A stretch of DNA of 64,000 nucleotides from Takakia lepidozioides (Eukaryota > Plantae > Bryophyta), in NCBI GenBank assembly GCA_030704615.1, contig CM060732.1, forward strand, positions 79,670,001 to 79,734,000, written 5' to 3'. The position numbers and the translations under genes were made by a program. The notes beneath the pieces are model-generated. The model was not told the DNA's origin and searched no databases. It worked only from the letters and a program-made list of their open reading frames with translations. This document shows, piece by piece, positions 1 through 14,733 of the stretch (position 1 is the stretch's first letter; every line of letters begins with the position of its first letter).

Positions 1-3000
1 GCAGCAGATGCAAACATGGTGTTTGTGGGGCTGCAGGAGATGGAAATGGGGGCAGGTGCTATTGGTATGGCAGCTATGAAGGAAACTGTGAGTCCTACTT
101 GAACCTTCTTCTTAGTTCTAGGAAGTGTTGCAATAAATGACTTTGGGCACATCTTACTGTTGTAAGTGACGATGTGCCCATAAAATGATAACACCCTCTG
201 GTTGCAACAGATGCCTCTGGCCTTTTGGTGTTAGACATGTATCACATCTTTTCCTGGTTGTTTGACTTGGTGTCCGTTTGCAGAAGCTCTCACATAGCTG
301 ACAGTATTTTATTGTACGGTGTTGTATTTGTAGATACAACAGACATTGTCTGTAGGGCAATTCATAGGGTGTGAGTACCATTGGATAGTTCCTAGGACAG
401 TTCAAGTCAAAATCTGATGGGTGTGACATTGTAAGAGAACTTATTTGAGTCTAATGGGTCCTTTTATTTGTGTGTACTTCCAGGTTGGAGTTGGGCTTCA
501 GGATAAGGGCAGTGCAAATGGCCAGTGGTGGTTGGACAGTATTGGCGCTGCAGTCGGTGAGGGCAAAGAGTTTCAACGGCTTTGCTCACGTCAGTTAGCA
601 GGACTACTTGTTGGAGTCTGGTAGGTTCTTTTTATGTAGTGTCTGGAGTCTGGAGGGGCTCTATATTGGTTTGTTTCGTTGCAACCGGTCCCTCTTGACC
701 TTCTGACTAAATGAAATGTTGACACTATTCTATAGACACTAAGTTGTTGCAAATGGTGCAGGGTGCGAATGGATTTACTTCCGTTTGTTGGGGATGTGGA
801 TGCAGCAGCTGTAGCCTGTGGATTTGGTGGGATACTTGGAAACAAAGTATGCCATCTAAGTACCCTTGTGTTGCTCAAGGCTCTAGGGGTTTCAATTGCA
901 ATCGTACATGAACGATGTTGAATGCACAGATGGGGGCACAAGTAGGTCTAAATATGTGTTTTATGCCACTCCTTGCATTCGGTGTGGGGCCCTCCATCTG
1001 CAGAACATTCCTTGTGAATGTGTTACTGCTGGGTCGTCCTGGCTTTCATAAGGGTTGATTAATGATACTTGGTGAATTTGAGGTGCCTGGGGTAGCACTT
1101 GAATGTTACCCCTTCTGGTTTACAAATGGAGAGGGGTGAGTGAACCTACTAAGGGTTTATCATCATCTTCTCTTGGCATCATTTTGAGCATTGCAAATGT
1201 ATTCATGTGGAGTGCCCATTTACAATCTTATTGTCCTAGTCTTGTATTTTGGAGTTGCAGAGAAGTTTTTTAGAGAGAGAGAGATGACTTTGGCCGTAGC
1301 GTAACTCAGAGCCACTTCACTTTACGGCTACTGCCCCCTTTAGGGGGTTGGCCCTATAGAGGTAGGAGGGATCCAACTGATTGCTAACGGGGGTGAGTGT
1401 TTTCTAGTTGGTGCTTGCTGGTGATGGTGGTGGTCAGGGAGCGGTTCGCAGTTAGATGTATATTTTTGAGACAGTAGGTGATTGAGGGGTGGGGTAGTAG
1501 GAGATTGTTGTTGAGGGATTCAACGCTATGTGTGGGTATTCCACCACGGATGCCCATTGTAATGACTGTCAAGGGCCCAACTTCCATCTGTATTGGCACA
1601 GGGCTAAAATTAGTGGGGCATATTTTTCCCTTTTCAATAGTAGGGTTTCTTGTGGGGAGCCCTGTAATGAGTAGTAGGTCAGGACAGAGTTGAGCTAGGC
1701 ACTGGCACGGGTGGCAGTGGCAGCAGCCGAGAAGTTTATTAATGAAATGCTAGCCCTCTAGCATGTCAATCCACACACTCGGTGGGGATGTCATTTGTAC
1801 GGTCAAGGGTCCTACTGGGCTCCAATCTGTCATGTGCTCACATAAGCATAAGGCATCTCTCATCATCTCTCTGATTGAGCCACTTTTTAAGGGCATCTGT
1901 TGTGTATGTATTTCACGTTATTCGGGCACTTGATTTTAGGGTACTGTTACTTTGGTTTGGACAGGGTCATGAGATGAACATGGAGCCAGAGGGGGTCAAA
2001 AAAGCTGAAGCTGGTTGACTGGTCTCTCATAACGGCCCTAATGACAGATAAGAACTAGAATTGAAGTTAACGTTTTATTGTTTGACTTTTCTAGGGAGGA
2101 GTCAGTGTGAAGATGACTGTATTCCGGCGGACAATATGTGTGGTGAACAGTCACTTTGCGGCTCATCAGGACAAAGTTTCTAATCGGAATGCCGACTTTG
2201 AGTATGTGTACAATCAGATGGGGTTTGGGAACAGGCTTGGGACTGTTGCAAGTACTACTGGAGGTACTCTCTCATTGCTTGGTTAATTCAGTTTCTCCCT
2301 CTTGTGATGTAAATTGGGAGGCTATATAGTATATGTCAGGTGCTCAGCCAATGGTTGGTTATCCACCAGGGGCATATGGGTGAACCTACTAATCAGTCAC
2401 ATCTGTCCATGAGGCATCAACTTGCACATGACAAGAAAAACCTGACAAGTCCCTCCACAGAATTGAATCGTGCATAAATTTTGGAGATGGATTCAGATGG
2501 AAATACCCTCTGAACACTTTTCACCTCCATCAGAGTGAGCCATCTTGCTGGACATGGTTGATTGGTTAGGCTTTCATGGAGGTCTTAGATGTGTCATGGC
2601 AAAGTGGACCGCCCTAACTTAAGTGTGTTCACATGTCTGTTGCCAGAGGCTTCTCAATCCTCTAAGAAAGTGGGGCGTGAGTGAATTTTGATACAACAAG
2701 CACATATCCCAACTGGAGGTTTAGATGAACTGACTCAATTCATTACTGAAATTCAACGGTAATCAACCCTCCATATTGCACTCACCCAAGCTGTTCGATG
2801 GTGGTTTGAAACCCCCTCTATTTACCACCAGAAAGCAGACCCCATTTGTGGATGAACAATGGGGTTGTAAATTAGTTGGAGGTCATCCCCAAAATCTGGC
2901 CTAAACCTGAAAACTCACTTGAAATGTGTATCTCAAGCAACCTGCATCTTCAGAAAATTAGGATCATCCAACTCCAGAAAGTAGGGATGCCAATTTGTCA

Positions 3001-6000
3001 TTTCTTCTAACTTAGAAAGTGGAGTTGTAGAATTTCTCACCATTGGGTAGATGTGGTAGATGACCACATTTCTGAAAGGTTCACTTTTGTGGATGTGATC
3101 GGTGCACCACTTCTGCCGTCAAACCACTCCTGGGATCCCCACGGGAGGTTTTCTAGAAATTGCTGAGGGACAAAGGGTTTAAGCCCTGGAGTTTCCTCAT
3201 AACCATGTCAGTGGTGGATGACTTTGGGAGGCCAGCAGCTAACTACTGCAGTACTGTAGGTGGGACTGTTGGTTCTGAAGCACACGGTAAATGGTCAATT
3301 ATCTTTCAAGAAGTAATTCTACTCTGTAAACTCTAGGTGGTTTTAAAGCCTACAAGCTACCCACAACATGTGTTTGTATCCCACAGGGTTCAGGTGTGTA
3401 TTCTACACCTGTCTCTGTGTACAGTTGCTAGTGTCTTTATTTATGCATCATAATTCCATGGGTGGTTGAGGATCCGTGCCTGGGTGTGTGTGTGTCACTC
3501 TATTCACAATGTCTTTGCATCTGGTTATTTACCCTGTTCTTGTATGTTTTCTGTATACCTGTATATGCACATGCATGTATTTCTTCCTCTCTGCAAGTTT
3601 TATTGTACTATGGAACGAGCCCGGTAGGGCCCGTTCCACCTAGGAACGTGGCGAGCCCGTAGGGGCGAGCCTGCGTTCTGGTTAGGGTGGAACCGGCTCC
3701 ACCAGACCCGTTCCAGAGCGTAACCGGTTTCTCCCCACCGTTGATCAACATAACTACAAACGGCTACGATCTACTGGATATGGGCCGTCGATATGACACA
3801 TATATGCGACGATCTGACAGTCTATATTAGTAGCTTCGCGGTGACGCGTTATGACACAGGACCAGCCGATGACGTTCAGGAAAAAACCTGAAAAGTACCG
3901 TAATAAGACACCAAAACCGGTTACGTATATGTCACCTGCACAAGTTTCTATGTGACTATCTCCCTGTATTTGCATGTGCATCCCTTTTAGGTCTCTGTAC
4001 ACCACTGTGTGCATCTGCGATTATGTGGCAGTGAGTTTGAGGGGCATGTATCGTATGCAAATGGATGGGTGTATGCGTACATCTAATGTGGATGGGCACC
4101 TTCGGATGTTGGAGCAGGGTGGCAAAATATACTTCGAGGGAATAGCCGCAGGAACGGCTGGAACATGGAAGAGGGTTTTGTGGAAGGAGAATCACCGTCA
4201 TATACGGTACCCTCTTCACTTGCTTTGATGGTCTACCCAGGTGTAAATTGCAGTGATCCATAATCTTTGCCAGATGAAAGTAATAGAATGCTGGTTGTTA
4301 TGCCAGGGTTTTCTGAGTTGGAAGAGCTGACACTCCCTTACTGTGCAACTCTCTTTTTGCCCAAATAGAAATTCACACAAAAATATCTTAGAGAGTTTCT
4401 GATCTCCCAGGACTTGGTTTGGCACCCTGATCTCAATGTTTTCTTTGTCTTATCTACTTTCATTGTCTTTTTCCAATGCCTTGAAGTAACCATGTTAAAG
4501 GAGTGGTTGACAAGTTGATTGCATTTGCTTTGCGGAGTACTACAACAGATAGGTCAAAAGTGATGTCATCTGGCTGGTGAGAGACAAAAGCTAGAATAAA
4601 CCAGGAAATGCTTGATAGGAGGATGAATATTTTCGCATGAGGTTGGCACTGATGGGAAGGATGGTGCTTGCAGGAAACGGATGTCATGGAGGAGGTCATG
4701 CCTGACCTCTCAGAGGCTGACGTCCTGGTTTGGTTTGGGGATTTGAACTACAGAATTGATGTATCATATGAAGAGGCCTTAGACTTGATTGCGCAGAAAC
4801 GATTTGATGGACTTCTAACCAGGGACCAGTTACGGAATGAGATGATTTCTGGACGTACGTTCCCAGGCATGCGTGAAGCACACATACGTTTCCCACCCAC
4901 TTACAAGTTTGATCACGGCAGCCAAGGTATGTGATGTTGTGCCACAGAATTGCTGGGCAAACTTTTGGAAACAGACAGCACTGCCTGTGATATCTTTGTA
5001 TGGGCAGTAATTCTCATCCAATGGTATATATATCAGACTGACATAACTAGACTGGGTTGACCAACTGTGTTGCAGCATATGACACAAGTGAGAAGAAAAG
5101 AATACCTGCATGGTGTGACCGGATACTCTTCCGGGACAGCTTCGATGGAAAGGATCCTCCCCAAGCAGGCAACCTGTCCCGACCTGCTAAGGTCTCAGTC
5201 TCTGGGTATGTGCTAACACAAATGGTTGTAGATCTACCATGCCTTGTGCTGGACAATTGACAGATTGCTCATGTCCTTTGGAAGGGTCTGTGGGTACAAA
5301 TCAGTGTCCAGGCCTGAGGCAGAGTCTTTCCCATAGGTCATAGTCGTCCTTTCTAACACGGAAAACTTCTTCATTGCAGTCTACCTTCCGTAAGGGCTTT
5401 GTATTGACTGGATATTGCAGGTACGAGTCATGCATGGATATATTTGATAGTGATCACAAGCCAGTGCGTTGTCTGCTCAACATAGACTTAGCGGTCATTG
5501 ATGAAGCTGCCCGGCGCCGAGAATTTGGGGACATCATGCGTACCAATCCTCAAGTGCAGTCATATTTCACAAAGTGTAACATAATTCCTCAAACCAGCTT
5601 GAGCACAAACAGAGTCATGGTAGATGATGACAAACCCTCCGTACTGCTAATCCACAATCAGAACAAGAAGTTTTCGGCAACTTTTACAATTCACTGTGAA
5701 GGGGAGCCTGTTGGGTTATGTCCTTGTGGAAACCACAGCCCCAACAATGATATGAGCAAGGGTCAGTCCCTGAGAGGGGGTTTTGGCTTCCCCAAATGGC
5801 TACAGGTATGTGGTTGGTTGAGCTGATTGAAATTAGCAGTTTTTCTGTCTGCGTCCCTAGGATTAAGGTCAGCTTGATATGAAGTCAGGTATTCAATATG
5901 AGTTCAGGTGTTGTAAGTTTGTAAAAGCATTCGGTTGATATGAGAGTGAGTCGTACTTGCTTTTTAGAACATACCCATCCTCCCGTCCCAATCAATCCTT

Positions 6001-9000
6001 ACTTTACTTGGGCTTTATCGCAGGGTGGTCGTGTTTAGCTGTCATTTTTAGCTTGGCCAAGGACAGTTATATCCAGGAGAAGCTGAAAAGCTTATACTCC
6101 TTAAGGGCATTCTAACCACAAGCAAGAAGTTTGTACTAAGTCCATCATGATGAGTGTGGCAAGTCCTTCTTCCATGGTGCTTCTGGAGGTCAACCATGAG
6201 GATGTTTTCCTCCACTCTTGCTTTAACAATTGGACATCTCGCATGCTTATGTCTAGGTGCAACCGGCTGCTGGTGTGATCGGACCTAATAACAGCATAGC
6301 CATCAACATACAAGATTGGGGTCCAGGCGCAGCTGTGGAGGACAACCTGGACGTTGCATATGGACAGCCAAGCTGGTGGGGAAATGACCGAGCAGACAAG
6401 GTGGTAGTGCTGGTGGTAACTGTGAGAGGGTCGCTTATTACAGGGTCTCAGCGGCATCATCTCTGTGTCTGCAAGCATCTTTCACTGGTGAGATTACATG
6501 CATTAGGCAATGTTTGGCTATGCTCTGTTGGTTTTCTCTTGTTTCCTGGTCTTCATTACCTCTCTTGCTAGGCAGAGGAAATGCTCCTCAACGGCAAATT
6601 TAACCTAGCCCAATCATCCTTACAGGCTTTGTTGACACACTCAGCTCATGTCCTACTTGAAGGGCCTTGCCTTCTTGGCAGTAGAGTGAAGTTCAAAGTA
6701 AGTAAGAGTTAGCTAAGCCTGCTGGTAAACCCCATATGTCTGAGCTGTGCATATCATTGTGAGGATTGGGGACATTCATTGTTATGTGTACACTTTCGAA
6801 CTAGAGGTCCTTTTGAAAGCATGAAAATATTGGACCTTTTCCTTATGTTCAATAGGTTCAAGACAATGCTGAACGCTGTTGTCCTCCTTGAGCTTGTAAT
6901 GTGAATCTCTATGTCAGTTTGATACCATTGTTCAGCAACTTCGTAACCAGATCAACTTCATTCCATTACTGGAGGACAATGCCTCAGAATAGGTTGTAGC
7001 CCTTCGCTAGAGCAATGGGTTAATGAAAAGTTCTCTTCCATCCCTCTCCCGCTGTTCTCCTCGTCCAAGGCGAGGATGGGAAATGTTCCCAAGGCTGTCT
7101 CTCTACACTACTTTTCCTGTCCTTTTGGCTTGTTGGCTGCCCTCTTGCGAAGGGATGCCTGTTAACACAATTTGTGGACAATTTGCATGCTTCATTCATG
7201 GCCTGATCAGAGGCTCTCTGCATGATTTTTTGAATAAGTTGATGGTTGATATGAGCTCTAAAAGTCAATGAATATATCCTTTCCACCCTTCTCCCAGCTG
7301 TTCTTTCCCTAGAAGGCAAGCATGGGGTCTTAGTCACAAGACTGCAAGGTCTGGAAGTGTCTGTTTCCCTCACTTTAATTTGTCCTTTTGGCTTGTCAAC
7401 GGGTCCGGTGTCAAGCCTATACGTTGATAATTCTAAAATTTGTTGTCCTCCATGCATTCCTGACATAACCTCCGTGTGTCCTATTTGGAGCAGTTAATAT
7501 CCCAAAGCAGCTAGTGATTGAATAAGCTCTGTGAAGGTATCTGAACCTCAACATCGAAAATTTGCTGTCCTCCATGCATCCCTGACACGAAGCTCTGTAT
7601 AACAAATTTGGAGTAGTTATTATCCCAACATTGGAAAGCAATGGCAAATTGATTTGGTGTCTGCAAATGTTCAACTCCAAATAAGTAACGACCAACATTT
7701 GGCTTTTGGGAGCTGTGCCAGCTTCCTCAGCTCAAAGGTGTTTGCCTACTTGGGTCTTTGACCCCATGTTTGCAAGTGACACACCTTGGAGTGGCCTTTT
7801 CAGAGGTTGCATATTCACCTGGCAGGGAGCTCATTGTTTGTAACCTGGGATTCCTAGAATTTTTTCTGACAATACCAAGCTGTGATTGAAGCAATCGTGC
7901 AGATAGGCAGCAAAGAGCCACAAAAATGATGAGAGACTAGCCTGCTACAACCCCTTCAGTGAGACCACCTCTCAGCCCTTTCCTTCCCCTCCCCCTCCCC
8001 CTCCCCCCTTCCCTTTTGAATTTTGATTGGCTGTGGATAAGTTGTGAACCAACAAACCTTAGACTTGAGAACTTTTGCCTTGCCACTCAGTTAAGATCAC
8101 TTAAAAGTATGAACACATTCTCTACTTTTACCAAAGTTTACCAGGAAGCTTGCCATCTTGTGAAGGCAAACACATCTGGTGTAGAAGTTGATGATATGCA
8201 CATGATTGTCTCGGGTGCTTGGTTTCAATGCACTTCTTGTAAATGAGGGAGGCTATCCTAATCTCTACAAGCCATGTTCAATTATTGGTTGATATTCATA
8301 TCTTATACCATGTCATCTACAGGAAAGTCGTACCCGTCAGCCATCCAGGAAGGAGAATCAGGGCCAACCGTCCCAAGAGAGAGAGAGCATCCCCATAGCA
8401 CAGTCTGATGTTGCATATAAGCGTTCACCTGACACCTGGGGCCCAACTCGAGGCAGGAAGCATCAACTCAGGTCATCTCAGGAACAGGAGGGCATTCCGA
8501 GGCCACAGTTAGATGTCTCATTTAAGGGGTCACCTGACAATGGGGGGCTAGCTCAAGACAAGAGGAGTCAACTCCGGTCATCTCAGGAAGGGGAGGGCAT
8601 TCCAAAGACAGGGTTGGATGGGTCCTCACATGGGTCCACTTCCAATGGGCAACCTAATTTCCTGTTGCTATGAGAATTGAACATTGTAGTAGCCACTGGC
8701 TTTCAATACTTTTTTGCGTTCAGAATTGTGTCCCTCCATGCACAAAGAGAGCGTGTCTCGGAGTTCCAGTCTCAAGTCTTTTAGAGTGTCAGTGTGTTGT
8801 GTCTTGGAGGAGGGTTTGAGGGAACCGTGTTCATGGAGTATCGTGGGGCACCCTAATTTTTGTGCAATTCTGACCAGAGTTCTTCCATCTTTCTGCCAGC
8901 CTGCAACCAAGGGTTCCTGACATAGAATAAGGGATTTCCACTATGAACGAGGTCAGTAGAGCCTAAAGACCTCCAGTAAACTGTCATTTTACTTCATGGG

Positions 9001-9750
9001 GGTTGATTGGAAAACGATTTCAATTCTCTCATCCCAGGGTTTGGAACATTCTACTTCCTGCCATCATTCTTTTGAATATAGGTTTACTGGTGCCTACTAG
9101 CTGATATAGTTCCTCTGAAAGGTGAGTCCCTAATGTCAGTGGGTCCGAAGATGTTTCAAGTCAAGATCTGGCTTGGAAGATTGAATATGGCGTCCTGTCA
9201 TCTGCCAAAATTGTGGTACCCATCATCATCCCAAAGGAGGGTGGAAGTCAGCTTGAATGCTCATGATACATGCAGTGAGACATTTTCACAACTCATAATG
9301 GGCACACAAGATGAGGTACAATGCTGGATTCTGATGGTACAATCTCCCCTTCGACACCGGTGGCCAGATTCTCTTAGCTCAGTGTGCGTCTCCCAGTGGT
9401 TGGAGGAATTGACAGCACATGACAGGTTACCATCGTCAAGAAGCAGTTGAAGGCTTCACTCTTCAGAATCTAGCCTTGTCTCACTATGTAAGTAGCCATG
9501 ATTCCAAGTCTCTTATTTTCTCTGGAAAGATGCCTTCATCTCAATCAGAAAAGTTGTGTTGTCCGAGACTTTTGAGATCTGTCATCTTCTGTTCCTCTCC
9601 TAACAGGGCATTTGAGTGTTGTAAGCATATCATCATCTGTCTTTCTTTGGTGGTCCATGAGTTGATTTTTCCTACACAATTTTGCAGGTTCTCTCTTGTG
9701 ACAAGCAAGCACGTTGCAGACCCACCAGATGGGGATATAGAGGCAGCGGC
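1..9750 (+). CDS. Inositol polyphosphate 5-phosphatase (plant 5PTase12/13/FRA3-like), multi-exon, 5' end outside the window
   Basis: GT-AG exons at about 1-87, 484-620, 762-846, 2095-2263, 4674-4926, 5076-5205, 5421-5805 and 6257-6487. They encode 5-phosphatase motifs VFVGLQEMEMGAG, GILGNK, VVNSHFAAHQ, WFGDLNYRI, PPTYKFD, KKRIPAWCDRILF and SDHKPV. Downstream exons (about 8323-8645, 9080-9430, 9690 onward) and the stop codon are uncertain, so the end coordinate is approximate. Confidence 0.88.
3597..3930. mobile_element. Possible small non-autonomous element in an intron (CpG-rich insert)
   Basis: Abrupt CpG-rich segment in a CpG-poor intron, with hairpins (GGAACG...CGTTCC, GCGAGCCCGTAGGGGCGAGC). 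No clear TSD. Confidence 0.3.
7435..7630 (+). repeat. Degenerate tandem duplication, ~122 bp period
   Basis: AAAATTTGYTGTCCTCCATGCATYCCTGACA...TTTGGAGYAGTTAWTATCCCAA occurs at about 7435 and 7557. Confidence 0.7.
8425..8630 (+). repeat. 105-bp (35-codon) in-frame tandem repeat in a probable 5PTase C-terminal exon
   Basis: TCACCTGAC at 8425 and 8530. One open frame reads SPDTWG...QLRSSQEQEGIPR and SPDNGG...QLRSSQEGEGIPK. Confidence 0.7.
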
Positions 9751-11185
9751 AGCACTATTTTGGCAGATCTTCCTTGGGTTATGGTTGTGTTGTGGTTCTG
9801 TCCCCACAACAAAAGGAGGTATGAATACTGGTCATTTAATACCCCCCTCCATTTTCCTAGAAATGTGACCTAGAGAGCCAGGAGCTTCTTGTCACATAGT
9901 AGCATCAAAACATTGCTCAACAAATATAAATTGATAAACAAATATATTCACCTTCATCTTTCAGTTGGGCTTGCATAAAAGATGTCATATAGTGCACGAT
10001 GATTATGACTTATTGCCGGTTTGTTCAGACAAGATGTTTCCTCTCAGCTCCAGGTATCACAAATCGATGGTGATAATGTTCACATGCTTCACTATAGTGG
10101 GAAGGTGGTCACGGGTTGGTAATTAATCTGTCACTTAAACCTTGGAAATTAGTTGGCTACATTAAATATGTGCATGGAGGACTTCAGTGTTGCCTGAGGT
10201 GAACCTTAAAATGCACTTCCGCAGCCTAACAATGGACTTGCATGCGTGAAACTGGTCACTAACATGTTTTACATTGATGGGTTATATATACCAATCCTAT
10301 GGGGGTATTGGGACACCAGTCACTGCTTCGACCAGATGAGCTTGCTCACTTTGTTTTGAGGAAGACTGTTGCAATGAGATGAAGTCGTCATCCAGCACAG
10401 ACGGCATAATAGCCAGCTCAACCAGCATAACTGATATGCCTAGATATCCAACACAAATCTACTGAACAGCATACCGCACGCAGTCATCAGGAATGAAGAG
10501 AACTTAACCTTTCGGGGATGCACATAAGGAAAAGAAAGAGGGGTGGAATTACTCATTTGCAGTTTGCACCCACGAGGCAGGAGCCCATAGAGAGATCCTT
10601 GTTTGAAGAAATTTTGTTGAGGATGTTCCATCTGACTTAGGAGGGCCAAGCTCCAGGTACTGTCTAAGGTCATGATTTAAGTTTCATCAAACCCGGATTT
10701 AGACATGCGATTTTCTTGAGAAAGTTGCAACAGAATTCCCCATCCCCTGTAACTCTGCTGATGATAACTTTTCGAAAGGCAGCTATTCTGCACTTTCAAA
10801 ACTTCAAAACTTGTGGATACTGATGGGCCAGCTTGCTTGTACAGTGCACCTGTGGAGTACAATCAAGCTTCCTTCATGACCTCCCATTGCTTCACTATTA
10901 ATCAATCTCACACTTGCACCATATAACTGGAAGAGCAGGACAAAATAAATTAAAAAAAATAACACATTTCCTTTGGAACAGCTTCCCTTATTTCACTGGA
11001 CTTTACCTCTCACCCTTTCTAATCCCTGCCAATATGGCAGGATTGGATATACCACAATATGGCCTTCAGCACTAAACTTCGTCAATTTGACATACACCCT
11101 TGTTTGAGATCAACAACATCAATCTACTGTACGAAATTGCTCGCAATCAGGTTGCAAGATTGTCCGGAAATGTCTGGATGGAAAA

Positions 11186-14100
11186 TTACTTCGATTTCAG
11201 AATGGCATGGTTTGTGGCAGTAATGTGCTTGAACAACTGAGACCTGCAATCCAGACCCAAACAACAACCAAATTCAGCATCACAATGATACTTTGTGAAC
11301 CTTCTGTATCACTGTAGTAAGTGGAACCATGACCACTTCCAAGGCCATCAGCTTGCGTCCGGCCTAAACACTAGGCCATCTGTTAGATGCTTCTAGAGAT
11401 TCCAGGAGAATTTATAAAATTAAAATGACTCAAAGTAGTGGAAAAGACTATGTCACAAGGAGGCGTGAATCCACTGAACCTCGAGAGCCTATTTCAACAA
11501 AAACACACCAACATGGCATACACAAAACACACAACAATAGAGCAAAGTGAATAATAAAAGAAAATGAACTCTCACTTCCAGCAATTCACAAATCTCAACC
11601 CACCTTGAATCAAAGTCTTGACCACAAGTCTCACAAGTGTTTGAATCTTGCTTGACCCCTCCCTGCAAATGTCATTCAGCTCTTTAGTAGTACCCAAATA
11701 AAGTTTTAAAAACAGCCAAAATTGTGACCACGATGTCTTCACATAAGCTTCCCACCATCTTTTACACTATCAAGGGTACTGATTCCTCGGTGTTCAATAA
11801 ACATTTTTCCCTGTTGATTAGAACACCCATATCAGAATAATCATATTAGGAGAGGCATACATAGTAAGCAGTTATCGGGTGCCATGACAATGTACACCTC
11901 ACATCAAACAAGCAAACGAGATTGTATGGATATTGATAACCTATATATTGAAGATACATGGAAGACATCCCAACACACAAATCAACCTTTTTAGATTTCT
12001 TCATTTCATGATACATGAATAAGGTGACTTTCCACCACTCTAACTGGAAGGGGAAACTAGGTATACATATATACTTGAAAGCAGTAGCAGACCACGACAA
12101 CATGATGTGGGACAAAGAGTATTAAAAAGGAAACAAAGGAGGCAGGAAAGGGCAGGAGGAGCTGCAAGTGAGAGACAAAGATTATACGTTAGTGGACAGC
12201 AAACATCCAAGACTTTCAAGTACCTTGTTCTTCTTATTCTTGCCCCCCTTCTTCCCTCGTTCATTTAGTGAGGGAATGGCCTTCGAGTGTCTGCCATCCA
12301 CTCCTCCATTCTGCTTGCTGCGAGAAATCTCTTTTGTTTCCCTGCTACCATTTTGCTGCAATCTCCCACGCTGTAGAGCCTTGGCGTTGCCCCCCACAGC
12401 TGTCAACTCATCTGTTGTGACAAAGTTGTTTTCATTACCTAGACTTGCTCCTTTCAGAAGTTGCTGGATGGAATCAAGCTCTGCTGCTGCAGACACATGC
12501 CGATCTAAAGCAGCCGCATTCTTCTTCTCCTGTTTAATTCTCCTCTTTGTCTGGGCCATACCCAAGCTGCCACCTCTCTCCTGGTTTTCGCTTTTTACAG
12601 TTTCCTGTTCACTAACTGAAATCTCTATTTCTTCGGATGAATCCACACTCATGTCACTTGAGTCCTTACTTGGATCCCCGTCAGCAGAAGCGCCATTCTG
12701 CCAGCCCCTTTGAGAATTAAGCATTGCAGCAAGCATGGCATCATCATCACCCTGATCCTCATCATGCTCAACACATTCCTCACCCAACAACTCACCCTTT
12801 TTACTTCGTGAAGATGGGTCAACAACATGCTCAGTGGACACTAGCTCGTCCGCTTCATCTGAAGACCTCAGATTCGAGTTCTCATCCACTTCACTTGCAC
12901 CCTTGTGCCTACTTCTGTGTGAATTTAACATAGCTGCAAGCATAAAGTCTTCATCGTCATTGTCATTGTCTTCACCATCAACGGATTCGGACCGCAGACT
13001 GCTATTGCTAGGGTTGGGAATGTCCTGTTGCCTGGCAGTTGTTGGGTGTGCGGCGTTCGAGGCATCTTCATCGAGATCACTCAAATCACTCACCTGCAAC
13101 AAGATTTGGTCAGTTTGAATAGTTTACCAGAGCAACACAGGAGTCATAAAAATAAAAAAATTCAAAGCTGTACAGCAAGAATTGCAAAGATCAACGCCTC
13201 TCACACTCAATCAATGCCCACACTGTTGGCAAACAATGGTAATAGAGTCAGGGACTACTGATTAAAGGTCATTGAAGATTACCTCTTCTTCACAAGGTGC
13301 ACCATCATCTGCAGAGGCCTTCTCCATCTCAGACCTCTCTCTTTGCTTGGACCCATGAGTTTCGACCTCCACTTCCGACTCCTGGTCTCTTACTATCTGC
13401 TCTCTTTCTAGTATCTCATCTTCTTCCAAAAAGGCATCCTTCAGTGACGCAGCCCTTTCTATGTGCTTCTTCGACTTTTCATGGTTCTTCCATTGCTTGT
13501 CCGATCGGAAGCGCTTCCCACAAATTATGCAATAATACTCATGACGGTCATCCTCTTTAGGTACTGTTTTACCCTTGTCCGATCGGACCCAATCATAGCT
13601 GCCCTGGTTCTCATCCTCGACAAGACCATCGTCATCACTGTGCTCACCATCATCTTCTCCATCCGGTATTGTCCAATCTTGCTCTTTGTACAGTCGAGCC
13701 AGCTCCTGCCGCTCCTTCTCGAGTTGTTGCTGACGGAGCTTCCGCGATTGCTCTTTCTCTTTCTGAAGGCGTTGCAATTCCAGCTGTTTCTCCATCACTC
13801 GCTTGTCTCGTTTTTTGACAAAGGCCGCAAATTGGCGAACAGAGTCATTGAACTCCCTTCGTTTTCGCTTCCTGATCTTATTGTTATCCTCCTCCATAAG
13901 CCTTCGTACCTTGCGACTCGGTGCCGATAAGACATCGTACTCGTCACACCAGCCGAAATCCTTGACAGTGCTAAATCCCAGCCAAAAGTGGTAAAACGCA
14001 GCCACCGCAGGGTACGGTGTTCCCGGCCCCTTCAATTCGGGTGCATCTCGAACAGATCCAGCTCCGTAATTACGTGCGAACATCTGCTCTTGAAGTTGCA

Positions 14101-14506
14101 ACTTCCTAAAAACTTCACCATACACCGCATAAAACCCTTTCCCTGATTCACCATATCCAGAGAAAGCTGTCGGTGAGAAGTAGGGCCACACATTGAAGTC
14201 ATAGTCACTAACGGTGGCGGATGCAGAAGAAGTTGAAGACGACAAAATGGCAGAGCGATGGGAATCATACCATTGCCGCTCAAGGGGGTCAGAGAGAATC
14301 TCATAGGCGCGAGAGACCAATTGAAAGCGAACGGTGGCCTCTTGGTAAACTTCCGGAGAGGCCCCACTCTGCTGTATCTTGTCAGGGTGCCATTTCAAAG
14401 CCTGCTTTCTGTACCCGCTTCTCACCTCATCAGCACTCGCACTCCGCTCAACTCCTAGCACCTCGTACAGGCACTCTTGGATGTGCCCTCCCTGTAGAGG
14501 CGCCAT
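11186..14506 (-). CDS. JJJ1: DnaJ-domain / C2H2 zinc-finger protein JJJ1 (DNAJC21/Jjj1 family, 60S biogenesis co-chaperone)
   Basis: Exons 14506-13283, 13093-12224, 11662-11604 and 11243-11186. J-domain with WHPDK, DNAJC21-type region (FYHFWLGFSTVKDFGWCDEYD...RRLMEEDNNK), finger CIICGKRFRSDKQWKNHEKSKKH, and a second finger spliced from exons 3 and 4 (CETCGQDFDSRSQLFKHITATNH). Confidence 0.93.
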
Positions 14507-14733
14507 CCTCCTCGTATCCCCCTTTGTCCTCCTTTCTCAGCTGTTCCTATGATACAAAGCTTGATACCGCTAGTCCAATACCACAACAGCGATGACTACG
14601 CCACCACCATCACTCGCAAAATATCAACGACCTTGACTGAACCTCCGATGCATCAGATTCACGAGACTTGATAATCGGTACTTATCGAGCCAGAATTCCA
14701 CACGCTCCTTCATCGATTTGCTTCACGCATCCC

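Noticed and set aside
12168-13930. Plus-strand ORFs of 181, 155 and 94 aa
   Set aside because: Antisense shadows of the JJJ1 exons.
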